DNA from: an uncultured virus (IMG/VR IMGVR_UViG_3300028895_001288)
Lineage: Duplodnaviria; Heunggongvirae; Uroviricota; Caudoviricetes
Virus record (IMG/VR): IMGVR_UViG_3300028895_001288
DNA length: 64,000 bases
Reading direction: 5' to 3' (one strand)
The notes beneath the pieces are model-generated. The model was not told the origin of the DNA. It did no database searches and saw nothing but the letters and a program-made list of their open reading frames with translations. A program made the translations under genes and the position numbers. Position 1 is the first letter of the stretch, and each line of letters starts with the position of its first letter. Below, in pieces: positions 1-10,432 of this stretch.

Positions 1-115
1 GGGCGTGTGCGTACAGGGAGCCGTGCGACTGTGGCATGGGCCACCTCTGCGAGCACGAGAAGGGCTGCGAAGTGTGCGACAAGAACGAGTGTCCCCTGTG
101 GAAGGAGGTCGTGTA

Positions 116-3100
116 GTGCCCGACTTCGACGAGTGGAAGAGGCAGGTTGATGAGTGGTACCGGAAGATCTACGGCATCACGCTGGCCGACGCCGGCGACA
201 GTGACGAGGACTTGCGGCGCCACTTCCCGGACATGGAGCCCAAGGAGTATGTCCAGTGGATCGGCGACAAGCGCGATCTTGATCCGGTTGGCAAGTGGTC
301 GGGCGGCTACTAAGCAAGGAGAGACTATGGGATCTGAAGACACGATGAACCCGGCGTTGGAGGAGACGCTGGACAACTTCACGGACGCGCAGCTCAACAA
401 CGAGCTGGCGCGCAGACGCAAGGCGAGGCTGGACGAGGAGAGGCAAGAGCGCCTCGAGTTGACTGCGCTGTGGGAGCGGAACCTGGACGCTTTGCTCCCG
501 CTCACGCTTCACAAGGACGGGTGCAAGGGTACGGGCACACATCATCCCGGAGCAGACGATGATCCTCCGTGCGCGCGCTGTTTCCTGCTGCACTCGAAGG
601 AAATGACGTGGTGGGACCCGGAATACCGCCTGAAGATCGGCGTGGAGCACGCGCCCATACCGGAGGAGTGATGGCTAGAGAACATAGTGACAGGCCACCG
701 GCCGTCCCGATGTGTGAGAAGTTGGCCGCCCGCGACAGGGAGGTGGGCACGGTCATGGAGTTCCTGAACTTCCTGGAGGTGGGCGACCTTCACGTCTGTA
801 CAAGGCGGGAGGTGGATTCTATCGGTGGCGGGTGGGAGCAGTTCAAGCCCACGCTGAGGAAGCACCTCGAACTGGCCTACGCCTTCGTAGGCATCGACGC
901 CAAGCAGCTGGAAGAGGAGCGCAGGGCGCTTCTCGAGTGGGAGCGCAGGAGGTTGAGCTCTGATGGACGGTTGTAAGCGCAGATGCCGCGGCTGCGGACG
1001 GGCGGACAACCTGGAACGCCAGCTGTGCGGGTTCTGGTTCTGCTTCTGGTGCCTGCCGCGTGCCCTCGAGAAGGGCGCAAGTTACTGGCGCCGTCTATAC
1101 CACGCGCTGTACCCGTGGAGGTGACGATTGAAAACGCTCGAAGAGCTTGACCGCCTGCGCAAGCGCATGGAGGCCTGGGAGAACGAGGTCCTGTGGCCTG
1201 CGATCAAGCGTACACTGGGCATGAAGGAGAAGGAGGAGGAAGAGCCCGGGGTCGAGAGCAAGCGACCCCTGTGCATCACGTGTCGCTTCTACGTGGCCGA
1301 CAGCGCGCCCACGTTCAGCAAGTGCGGGCGCACCATCGACCCTGTGGCCGGAGGTCCGAAGGAGTTCTGCGACAGGGAGCGGAGCGGTTCTGATCTGTAT
1401 GACAGGTGCGGTCCAACGGGCAAGTACTGGGAACCGAAGGAGAGCGATGGACGCTGAATTCAAGATGAAGATCACGGGCCGCTCCTACGCCGGCCATGCG
1501 GGTGGCAAGAACTCCGTGACGCTGGAAGGCACGGCGGATGAGATAAGCCTCTTGGAAGCAATGATGCGGGGGCTTTACTGGATCACGACCAAGGGCGGCA
1601 AGCTCGTGAAGTGGCGCCATTACCTGTCGGACAACAAGCCGCCCTCGATGCCCGATCCGATCCTGGAGCGGTACTGGCCCGACGAGCGGATGGAGTACGC
1701 TCATCTGAAGGAAGGGGAGGGGCCCGACGGGCATAGCGACCCGGCGATCTACGTGCACCACATCTACGGCTACGCCGGTCATGAGGAATACGAATACCGG
1801 GCCGAGCTACTGGAGCAGGTGGGCTTCGTCTGTCTGCGCTCACAGCGGATGGAGGACGGGCAGTACTGGGAGATCTGGTACCTGCCCGGGTGTTGGGTTG
1901 CCAAGCGGGAGCTGAAGAACAAGACGACGCAGGAGATCGTGGAGTGGCTGCGCAAGAACATCCGCCCAGGCAACATCGAGGTGGTGGGCGAGAAGTGGGA
2001 CCTGTGTCACCCGGACTAGTTGAAAGCGGAGGAGGGCGCGTCATGCGACGCTTGTTCGTGCTGGCCGTGCTGGTTGTGGTGATGGTGTTCATGGGGGGCT
2101 GCTGCCAGTCCCCGAGGGAGCGCTTCGGCAACCTGCACAATTTCTAGGAGATATCATGCCTTTTGTGGAAGAGGAAGTGATCAGGTCGTATAGCCTGTGC
2201 AAGCCGGGCGCTCCGCTGTTCGTGGCGGAGGTCAACCACGTCACCGGAGGACCGCACGGCGAGGAGATCGTCGCTGAGTTTCTTCCAGTGGTAGCCATCA
2301 AATCTGTGATCAAGGACATCTACCAGCGCGCGTGCGGGGATGTGGAGGTCGTGCGCAGGCAAGTTCCCGCTTGTCCTTCCGCCGAGGTGCTGGAGAAGTT
2401 GGGTTTTTCACGAGTAAGGCGGCTCGACGATATTTTTCCCGTGGTTGCCGATGAACATCTCCGCGACATAGGCGAAGGGTGCGACGGCGCGGAATACACG
2501 CTTTTCACGTCCTGGTGGGGGGATTCCCCGAAGGATCACATGAATCATATTGGGGAGCTGGTTTTCGGGATGGCGGACAGGGTGGCTGCCCAAACGATTA
2601 AAGGGGCTGACAAGTACCGTTTCAGGGCGGCACTCGTGAACATGCTGTGTTCCAAGGACGATCTGATCGTAGAGCGGAGTATCGGGAAGGAGCAGACTGC
2701 CTCATGAGCCTGTGGCATCTCGTCTGGGCGATCCCGGTGGGCATCGGGCTTACGGTGTTCCTCGTCGGGCTCGCCATCGTTGGGCTGTGCCTGCTGAGCG
2801 GTACGTCGCTGTTGAAGTTCATTGACTACGGCGACAAGAAGTTCATGGAGCCGCGTCGCAACGTCACGCTCAAGTGTAGCCGCTGCGGCGGACCGGCGAT
2901 CACCGGCTTCGACGTGAAGGCGCCTTACATCTGTGCCAAGTGTTTGGCGGAATGGGAGAAGCAGAAGACATGAGCGAACCCATAAAGACGCAGGACCCGG
3001 TGGCGTCGCTGCTGTACGACCTGATGCGCGACCACCTGCCGGTGGGTACGGTCTACGAGCTGGTGAGGGAGAACAAGGCCAGCAGGCTGGAGAACGGTGC

Positions 3101-3444
3101 GGTGTTCTGTAACACGCACCTGGGCGAGATGGCCATGAAGTTCGCGGACATCTTGCGGGACAAGACGCCCACGCTCGAGGAAGAGCGCGAGAACTGGGCC
3201 AAGTCGCACGGACCGAGTCCGGGGTGGTGAGATGAAGATACTGTGTATGGTTGGTCTGCATCGTTGGAAAGAGCCCGTCGTGAAACTTCTAAGGCCAGTG
3301 GAGAAGTTCCAGTTGGGCTCGGTCTACGATGTTGAGAAGGTCAAGGAGTGCAGGCGTTGCGGCAAGAAGAGAGTCAGGTACGGGCGCGCCTTCATCGGTG
3401 TTGGCGAGGACGGCTCCGGCCACTACTCGCACTTCAACGTCTAG
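116..3444 (+). other. Run of ~11 small coupled hypothetical genes (116-313, 327-671, 671-976, 963-1124, 1128-1457, 1447-2019, 2043-2147, 2156-2707, 2704-2973, 2970-3230, 3232-3444), several Cys-rich
   Basis: Overlapping stop/start codons, GGAG-type RBSs, CxxC pairs; no recognisable family. Confidence 0.7.
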
Positions 3445-3452
3445 GAGAAACA

Positions 3453-4031
3453 ATGATCGACAACTGGCTGATGATCTGCGTGCCCAGGACGGCGAGCACC
3501 TCGCTGTCCAAGATGCTGGGCCTGCGCGTGGACGGAGGGGCCGGCGAGTATGCCGAGAACCGCTACTTCGGGCACATGCCCGCGTCCATGCTGCGGCCCC
3601 GCTTCGGTGAGAAGTGGGACGAGATGTTCACGTTCGGGTTTGTGCGCAACCCGTGGGACCGGCTGGTCAGCATCGCCGCGCGGGTCAACCCGCAGGCGCT
3701 GGCGAACAAGGACACGTTCTACGCGTGGATGACCACGGGCTGCCAGGGGCAGGGCGGCGATACGCCGTTCGCCACCGGCGGCACGCCGATCACGCGGCCG
3801 TGCAGCGAGTTCCTGCTGCCGTGCAAGTACGTGGGGAAGTACGAGACGCTGGCCTATGACACGACGGTCATCTGCCGCGCGCTGGGGCTGGAGAAGGTGC
3901 CGCAGTGGCGCCACGACGAGCAGTGTGAGCATAAGCCCTATGTGGATTACTACCACCAGGACGCCCGTGAATGGGTGAGGTGGTACTACCACGCGGACAT
4001 CGTGAACTTCGGGTACCGGTACGGAGGCTGA
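3453..4031 (+). CDS. Sulfotransferase family 2-like protein
   Basis: ICVPRTASTSL (5'-PSB-like), FGFVRNPWDRLVS (3'-PB-like), GKYETL, C-terminal YHADIVNFGY; RBS AGGAG. Confidence 0.8.
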   Translation: MIDNWLMICVPRTASTSLSKMLGLRVDGGAGEYAENRYFGHMPASMLRPRFGEKWDEMFTFGFVRNPWDRLVSIAARVNPQALANKDTFYAWMTTGCQGQGGDTPFATGGTPITRPCSEFLLPCKYVGKYETLAYDTTVICRALGLEKVPQWRHDEQCEHKPYVDYYHQDAREWVRWYYHADIVNFGYRYGG

Positions 4032-4032
4032 A

Positions 4033-4377
4033 ATGGGGAAGAAGATCGAGCAAGCGACCTGTTGCGGGAGAACCGTTGAGTTCCGGTTTTGTCCCGTGTG
4101 CGGCAAGCTGCACAAGGATCAAGACCCTTTGGTGACACTGCACGCGCATTGCCTGAAGTCTTTGCGCGCTCTCGAGACCAGCAAAGAGACCAACCTTGAG
4201 ACAATCGCGCGAATAGAGGCGCGCGAGAAGGAAGGAAAAGCGTACCCCCAAGATGGTGAAGAGTTGAAGTGGAGGCGAGAACACACGAAGGGCAGTGACC
4301 CCATGATAGCCAAGTGGAAGGGATGGGTTGACGCCCTTTCCGAGGTCATCGCGGTCCGTGAGAAGGAGAACGACTAA
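4033..4377 (+). CDS. Hypothetical protein with N-terminal zinc ribbon
   Basis: TCCG...FCPVCG; coupled to neighbours. Confidence 0.6.
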   Translation: MGKKIEQATCCGRTVEFRFCPVCGKLHKDQDPLVTLHAHCLKSLRALETSKETNLETIARIEAREKEGKAYPQDGEELKWRREHTKGSDPMIAKWKGWVDALSEVIAVREKEND

Positions 4378-4937
4378 TGGCGGGAGTCAAATACACGGTC
4401 ACTGAGGAGTACGACATGCTCACCATCGAGGGTGAGCCATATTGCGGTAGGCGCAGGATCGTGGCCAACATCCACGAGCCGAACTCCGACAACCCCGTCG
4501 TCGAGCTGAAGCACGCGCTCGGGCTCGACGGGGTCAAGGAGATCCTCAAGCTCGCCCAGCAGCACAAGCACGGCGGCAAGTTCGAGACCCACATCCTGTG
4601 GGGCGACAAGATCAAGGGCGGCCCGAACAAGTACGAGTTCAACACGCCCGAGGAGCGCGAGGCGTTCCTGGCGGCGATCTCCGAGGGGGACGGCTGGTTG
4701 TCCGGGGAGGAGGTCAACCCCGGCGACTACATCAACTGCGAGTGCGGCGAGGACAGCGAGCCCTTTCACCGTGAAGAGGGCCAGTGCGACCATTGCGGCC
4801 AGTTCTACTGCACGGAATGCGGCGCGAAGACGGAGATGGCCGGCGACGGCTGGGACGGACTGTGCGGCAACTGTGCGGACAGGGCCGATGACGAGGTGGC
4901 GGAGACGGACATATTGGAAGGGAGGGACGTGTCTTGA
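4377..4937 (+). CDS. Hypothetical protein with C-terminal Cys-rich zinc-binding region
   Basis: CECG, CDHC, CTEC, CGNC motifs. Confidence 0.65.
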   Translation: MAGVKYTVTEEYDMLTIEGEPYCGRRRIVANIHEPNSDNPVVELKHALGLDGVKEILKLAQQHKHGGKFETHILWGDKIKGGPNKYEFNTPEEREAFLAAISEGDGWLSGEEVNPGDYINCECGEDSEPFHREEGQCDHCGQFYCTECGAKTEMAGDGWDGLCGNCADRADDEVAETDILEGRDVS

Positions 4938-5596
4938 GCGAACCCAGAGCCGACCTGGACGAGTCCCAGCGCCAGATCACGCTGCTGGCGCTGGCCCGGC
5001 TGAAGCGTGAGCGCCCGGGCTGGGCTTACGCCATCGGCGAGATCGAAGAGAAGCTGGGCGGCCAGCTGAAGTGGCCGCCCTACGAGCCTCACGGGCTCGA
5101 CACGCAGTCGCAGGTGTTCTTCTACGAGCAGGAGTTCTACCCCCTGTCGAACTTCTCGGCCTTCTCGGTCAAGTGGCGGGGTGTCCGGTTCGACACTTCC
5201 GAGGCCGCGTATCACTACGAGAAGTTCTGCGGACCCGGGATGGGGAAGGCGGAGGTTGCCTTGCAGATCGAGGCGGCGTGTTCGGCGCATGAGGCGCTCA
5301 AGATCGCGCAGCACTACAAAGCGCGACGCCGTTCTGACTGGGACGAGGTCAAGGTCGACAAGATGCGCGCGATCCTGCGGGCCAAGTTAGAGCAGCACGA
5401 ATATGTCCGTCGCAAGCTGCTTGAGACGGGCGACCGGGAATTGATCGAGAACTCCTGGCGCGATGACTTCTGGGGTTGGGGGCCCGACTGCGAGGGCCAG
5501 AACATGCTTGGCAAGTTGTGGATGGAGCTTCGTGCTGAGCTTAGGAAGGAGAAGTCCCTGAAAGACGAAGACCTCCCCGACGCCGGGGGGAGTTAG
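4934..5596 (+). CDS. NADAR (YbiA-like) family hydrolase
   Basis: LSNF...TSEAAYHYEKF...DWDEVKVDKM...AKLEQH...LLETGDRELIE..DDFWG...GQNMLGKLWMELR. Confidence 0.9.
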   Translation: MSEPRADLDESQRQITLLALARLKRERPGWAYAIGEIEEKLGGQLKWPPYEPHGLDTQSQVFFYEQEFYPLSNFSAFSVKWRGVRFDTSEAAYHYEKFCGPGMGKAEVALQIEAACSAHEALKIAQHYKARRRSDWDEVKVDKMRAILRAKLEQHEYVRRKLLETGDRELIENSWRDDFWGWGPDCEGQNMLGKLWMELRAELRKEKSLKDEDLPDAGGS

Positions 5597-5750
5597 CGCC
5601 GAGGAGGTCTGCGGGGCATGCCCCGGTACGACATCGAGTGACAGAGCAACGCGTGTGCCACGCGGATTTACCGATTTCAAAGGACTTGGGCGGGCCACGC
5701 TGCACAACCGTGTGCAGCTGCCTGCCCAATCGTTGTGCAAGGAGAGGCGG

Positions 5751-6553
5751 ATGGTTCCAAAGACGGTTAAGGATCACGGGCTGGTGAATTGCGTGCAGGT
5801 GACGCTGTGCCCGGGCAACGGCACGCAGTACGAGCTGATCTTCTTCGGTCCGCTCATTGGGTCGTTTGACTTCGGCGCCCTCGGGGCGACCGGCGAGGAC
5901 GACGCACAATGGTACATGGTCACCTGCAGCATCGGCAGGCGGACCATGCTGCTGAGAGGCAGGGGCGCGTTGGCGCTGGACTACGTGAAGGAAAAGCTGG
6001 GCCTGAAGCACGATGACGACGTCGTGCAGGTCACCAAGGGTATCGGCGAGTTCCTGGATCGCCCCTACCAGAAACAGGACGGGACATGGTCGGAGTAGTC
6101 AACTTCACCGGGGCGGACGTGGAGGTGTTCAACCGCCACTTCAGGGACCACCGCCTCGGTTTCGAGAGGATGTACCGCCTGCTCAGCTGCTACAAGTGCG
6201 GCAGCCCGCTGGGGTATTTCCTGGGCACCAGGGAGGACAACGACAAGGCGCTCTTCCTGGAGCTGGACTGGTGCCGCACGTTCGGCGGCGCCCACACCCC
6301 CAAGAACGGCACCCGCATCAACATCGAGGAGTGCATGTTCTACGAGGTGGAGAAGTGCCTGTGCGAGGCCTACGGCTCGCGCCCGGCCTTTCGCATCGTG
6401 CCCACCCCGATGGCGGGCTTCGCCGCCTTGATGAACGGCTTCCCCATGACCAAGGCAGCGCTGCTGGAGTTCGACTTGGACGGGTGGGACCTGGGCGAGA
6501 AGCTGGATAACCTGAATACGAAAACCGATGCCGGCATCGAAAAGGAGACGTGA
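5751..6553 (+). other. Two hypothetical genes (5751-6098, 6086-6553)
   Basis: Strong RBS AAGGAGAGG before 5751; coupled ORFs with coding-like codon usage. Confidence 0.65.
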
Positions 6554-7053
6554 TGATCTACGTGGAAGCACCCAAGTATCGCTTGACCGGGAAGCCCAGG
6601 ACGATCTTCCTGGCCGGGGGCATCACCAACTGCCCCGACTGGCAGTCTGCCATGGTCGAATCATTGAATCATAAGCACTGCATGTCCGACGTGATCGTGT
6701 TCAACCCGCGCCGGGAGAACTTCCCCATCCACGACCCCGAGGCGGCCAATGAGCAGATCAAGTGGGAGCACCACTACCTGTACGGCGTGGACGCCGTGGT
6801 GTTCTGGTTCGCGCGGGGCTCGCTCAACCCGATCGTGCTCTTCGAGTACGGCAAGGAGTTGGGCCGGCGCGACGGCAAGCACCCCAAGCAGTGGAAGAAA
6901 CTGTTCGTGGGCTGTGACCCCGAATACGAGCGCGTTGACGACGTGGTCATTCAGACGCGCCTCCACGAGAAGCAGATGGGCGTGGAGCCGATGCCGATAT
7001 CGAACAGCCTGGACGGCGTCATCGACCGCATCGTCGACTGGTGCCAGGAATAG
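6550..7053 (+). CDS. Nucleoside 2-deoxyribosyltransferase-like protein
   Basis: IFLAGGITNCPDWQ...VFNPRR...QIKWE...VVFWF...PIVLFEYG. Confidence 0.85.
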   Translation: MMIYVEAPKYRLTGKPRTIFLAGGITNCPDWQSAMVESLNHKHCMSDVIVFNPRRENFPIHDPEAANEQIKWEHHYLYGVDAVVFWFARGSLNPIVLFEYGKELGRRDGKHPKQWKKLFVGCDPEYERVDDVVIQTRLHEKQMGVEPMPISNSLDGVIDRIVDWCQE

Positions 7054-7056
7054 GAC

Positions 7057-7143
7057 GCTTCCCGCGCCGAGCTGCCGCTATACAGGTAAGCGGTGGGTAG
7101 GGCAAAATCCTGTGCCGGGTTCGACTCCCCCGGCGCGGGGAGC
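7057..7143 (+). ncRNA. tRNA-like structured RNA (non-canonical)
   Basis: 13-bp closing stem (one G-U) enclosing three hairpins, the last with the T-loop GG-TTCGACT-CC; fills the intergenic gap; no canonical D or anticodon loop, no CCA. Confidence 0.5.
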
Positions 7144-7159
7144 TTAGAGAGGAGGCGAG

Positions 7160-7441
7160 ATGGCCAAGTACAAAAAGAAACCGGTCGTGGTCGAAGCCGT
7201 GCAGCTGAGACACGACACGATCATGGAGGTGGTCAAGTTCGCGGGTGCCGGGAAGTTGACGGAGGGCAAGCCCGAGATCGCCGCCAACCCCGTGAGCGGG
7301 GAGGTGGGCATGCTCATCCCCACGCTCGAGGGCACGATGACGGCCAACGAGGGTGACTGGATCATCAGGGGCGTGAAGGGGGAGCTTTACCCCTGCAAGC
7401 CCGACGTGTTCGACGCCACGTACGAGCCTGTCGAAGAGTAG
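7160..7441 (+). CDS. Conserved small phage protein (KKPVVVEAVQ...TLEG...GDWII.GVKGELYPCKPD family), function unknown
   Basis: Recognisable widespread phage motif; RBS GAGGAGG. Confidence 0.8.
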   Translation: MAKYKKKPVVVEAVQLRHDTIMEVVKFAGAGKLTEGKPEIAANPVSGEVGMLIPTLEGTMTANEGDWIIRGVKGELYPCKPDVFDATYEPVEE

Positions 7442-7443
7442 CG

Positions 7444-7908
7444 ATGGGCGACAAGACCCGCGGCACGATGACCGTGCACAGCACGAACGGTGACATCACG
7501 ATCACCGAGGAGGGCATCCCCGTCAGCCTCTACGAGACGTGGCAGATGATGCAGGTGAAGATCCTCTGCTTCGACTTGTGGGAGTACAAGCGCGTCTACG
7601 GCAAGCTGGAGGACGAATACGACGTGCTGGACCTCGGCTACTGGTGGACGACCAGCGACGGGACGCTGGAGTACGAGAAGCCGGACCCGAACTTCCGTGA
7701 GGACGTGGCGCCCCCTGGTGAGTGGCTGACGATCAAGCAGTTCAACGATGCCTACCTGGGCGGCGACGGCGACGTGCTGTTTATCAGCAAGCTGCGGGGT
7801 TGCCTGGACAACAAGAGCATCGTCCAGGTGATCGACGCGCTCAACAGCGTGTGCCTGCGCTGCTTCAACGGACCCAAGGAGTGCGGGTGTGAAAAGCATG
7901 ACCCTTAA
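7444..7908 (+). CDS. Hypothetical protein, paralogue pair member 1 (shared C-terminal domain)
   Basis: TIKQFNDAYLGGD..VLF..KLR...VCLRCF...CGC shared with 7898-8392. Confidence 0.75.
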   Translation: MGDKTRGTMTVHSTNGDITITEEGIPVSLYETWQMMQVKILCFDLWEYKRVYGKLEDEYDVLDLGYWWTTSDGTLEYEKPDPNFREDVAPPGEWLTIKQFNDAYLGGDGDVLFISKLRGCLDNKSIVQVIDALNSVCLRCFNGPKECGCEKHDP

Positions 7909-8392
7909 GCAAGCGAAGAAGATCGTTAAGAAGTTCAACCCGGGCACGCGCCTGCCGCTGGTCCAGGGCGACTGGTACAGCGACGGCTCCTGCTGGCGGC
8001 AGATCATTGAACTGGGCGTGAATGGGCTGGTCTACCGATTCAACCACTCCCCACTCGGGGAGCAGTTCGGGATCAAGAAGGAGAGCTTCCTGCGCTGGGC
8101 GACGGTGGGCCCGTGCACGCTGGACGAGAGTCGGTCCTTCGACCTCGCCAGGAAGACCATCGTCGAGGTGACCCAGCGGGAGTACAAGCGCGAGCGGAGA
8201 AACTACAGCCGCACGATAAAGCAGTTCAACGACGCCTACCTGGGCGGCGACAGGGAGGTGCTGTTCCTGCGCAAGCTGCGGCAGAAGAACGTCGGCAGCG
8301 CGGCCATCGCCTGCATGATCGAGGTGATGAACGAGGTCTGCCTGCACTGCTTCGATAACGGCAAGAAGTGCAACTGCACGAGGGACGAGTGA
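7898..8392 (+). CDS. Hypothetical protein, paralogue pair member 2
   Basis: TIKQFNDAYLGGD..VLF..KLR...VCLHCF...CNC. Confidence 0.75.
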   Translation: MTLKQAKKIVKKFNPGTRLPLVQGDWYSDGSCWRQIIELGVNGLVYRFNHSPLGEQFGIKKESFLRWATVGPCTLDESRSFDLARKTIVEVTQREYKRERRNYSRTIKQFNDAYLGGDREVLFLRKLRQKNVGSAAIACMIEVMNEVCLHCFDNGKKCNCTRDE

Positions 8393-10432
8393 TGAAAGAG
8401 TTTCTGCGAGAGAACTGGGCGCTGCTTCTTGCGCCAACGGTGTTGGCTGCCATTTTTGCGTTCCTGCTGATCCAGCCATACTTCGAGATGCAGACGTACA
8501 ACAAGTTCAAGTCTCCCGACAAACCGGAGGCGACGTACTGGGACGCGATGTTCGCCGAGCTGAGGATACAGGACAAATGAGAGTGATCACGAAGGCTGCG
8601 GAGTTCAGCATCTTCGAGCTATTCATCCACGGCTTCAGCGTGAACTGCCCGGTGGACGATTACGCGCTCGAGGACATTCTGGACGAGCGGTTGCGCGAGC
8701 TGGTCAAGGAGACGGATAGCGTCTTGGAGGTGAGGGTCGTCTCGCCCGCCGAGAGCGGGCTCAGGCGTTGGTCGGTGCGGTGGCGGGAGCCCGTGCACGA
8801 GAAGTGGCAGCGCTGCGAGCACCGCGTCTACAAGGTCTCCCAGTTCAAGAAGTGGGTGCCCAAGGAGATCGTGGAGGCGATGGAACAAATGGACGAAGAA
8901 ACAATGGAGGTGCATTAGTGGTAGAGATTGGCAACGCTTTCGATAAGGCAACGAACACGCCCTGCCCGGTCTGCTTGAAGCTGGCCAAGAAGGGCATGAT
9001 ACCGCCGCGCACGGTGATGCCGCTGCCGGAGTTCCCGGCAAGGCGGCGCGAGACTGACGAGCCATGCTGTGTCGACTGCCAGGCTGCCGACACGGTGATG
9101 GCTATTGGTGGACACCCGATGTTCGAGGGGGCGCGCGTGGCCACGGCCAGCGAGCGCCTTGAGGGGCTGTTGCTGCCGAAAGGCATGATGGAACGGTTTG
9201 GCTTGTGCCAGATGGGGCTGCTGAAGCCCTGTTCCGTGGAGGACCTGGCGAATCACCTGGTCTTCCTGGAACTCAACGAGCTTCCGAACGCGGCCTGCTG
9301 TCACCCCGAAGAGGAGTGGGATAACTTTGCCAACGCTTGAGGGTTTCACGATCAAGGAGTACCACGGCGGCGAGGTGATGGTCAAGAAGGGCGATGACTT
9401 CTTCGCCGCCACCAGCGAGGACGACGTGAAGCCGGGCGCCGAGATCTACGTGATGGGGCTGTTCGGTGAGCGGCGCAAGCTGACGGTCGACGACAGGGTG
9501 GGCGATACGGAGACGTGGGCGGCCTACGAGAACGCGGAGGAGAAGTCCGGCCTGGGCGCCTTCCTGAAGTGGGCGCCCGACGACAGGGAGTGCTGGGTGG
9601 CCAGCTCCCTGTTCAGCGCGGACGGTATCAAGAGGTTGGAAATCGAGCCGTGAAGTACACGACCGACCTGCCCCGCGAAGTGCTGATGGACCGTGCCGAG
9701 CAGACGCGGCGCCACTACGGGCCGCAGTACACGGACATCTTCTTCAAGTTCACCTGTGAGAAGTGTGGTGAGCGTTGCACGCTGGAGACGGCCAACCAGC
9801 TCCCTGAGAAGGGCGTGTGCCACAAATGCGGTCACCATACGGAGATCGTCGAAGGCGGGTTCCTGATCGCCAAGAAGGTGCCGCACGAGAAGGGCAAGCC
9901 GCTCGTGCGGCACGTCAACATGAACCACGTGCCGCGGGTGGTGGACATCCTGGCGGGCACCTGCCCGTTCAGGGCGATCGTGGAGCGCACGGACGCCTAT
10001 GAGGCCATTTCAGCTTTTGTTGATTTGATGCCTAAACTGGCTGAAGACGAGAGAGCGGGGAAGCCGTTAAAAGGACACCCACGCACTCATGATGTCATGC
10101 GCGACATGCGAGTAAGAGTTTTGATTTTGCTTTCAGAAGGAAGAAGTAAATGGCTTGCCGCCCTTCTTGTTGCTTACGGCATCGTGTTTGACGAGAGATA
10201 CGGTCCTACAAATAGGGCAGCTATGCTGGATAACTTCAATAGCATCCTGCACTACTTCCCCGTCAAGCTGTTCAACGAGGCGGAGGCGCAGGCGCGCGAG
10301 ATATACGGCGACCCGGCCCACCCGATCATCCGCTGCATCAAGCAGGAGCGGTACCGGCGGGCGGGTTTCATCAAGGACTGGGAGTTCCTGCTCGACGACC
10401 AGGGCAACCAGGTCATACACGTGGATGAGTGA
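8392..10432 (+). other. Hypothetical genes 8392-8580 (membrane), 8577-8918, 8918-9340 (Cys-rich), 9327-9653, 9650-10432 (N-terminal zinc ribbon)
   Basis: Coupled ORFs; TM segment; CxxC pairs. Confidence 0.65.

Noticed and set aside
7057..7143. tRNA-Sec (selC) to serve the selenoprotein
   Set aside because: No UCA anticodon, no long variable arm and no CCA end
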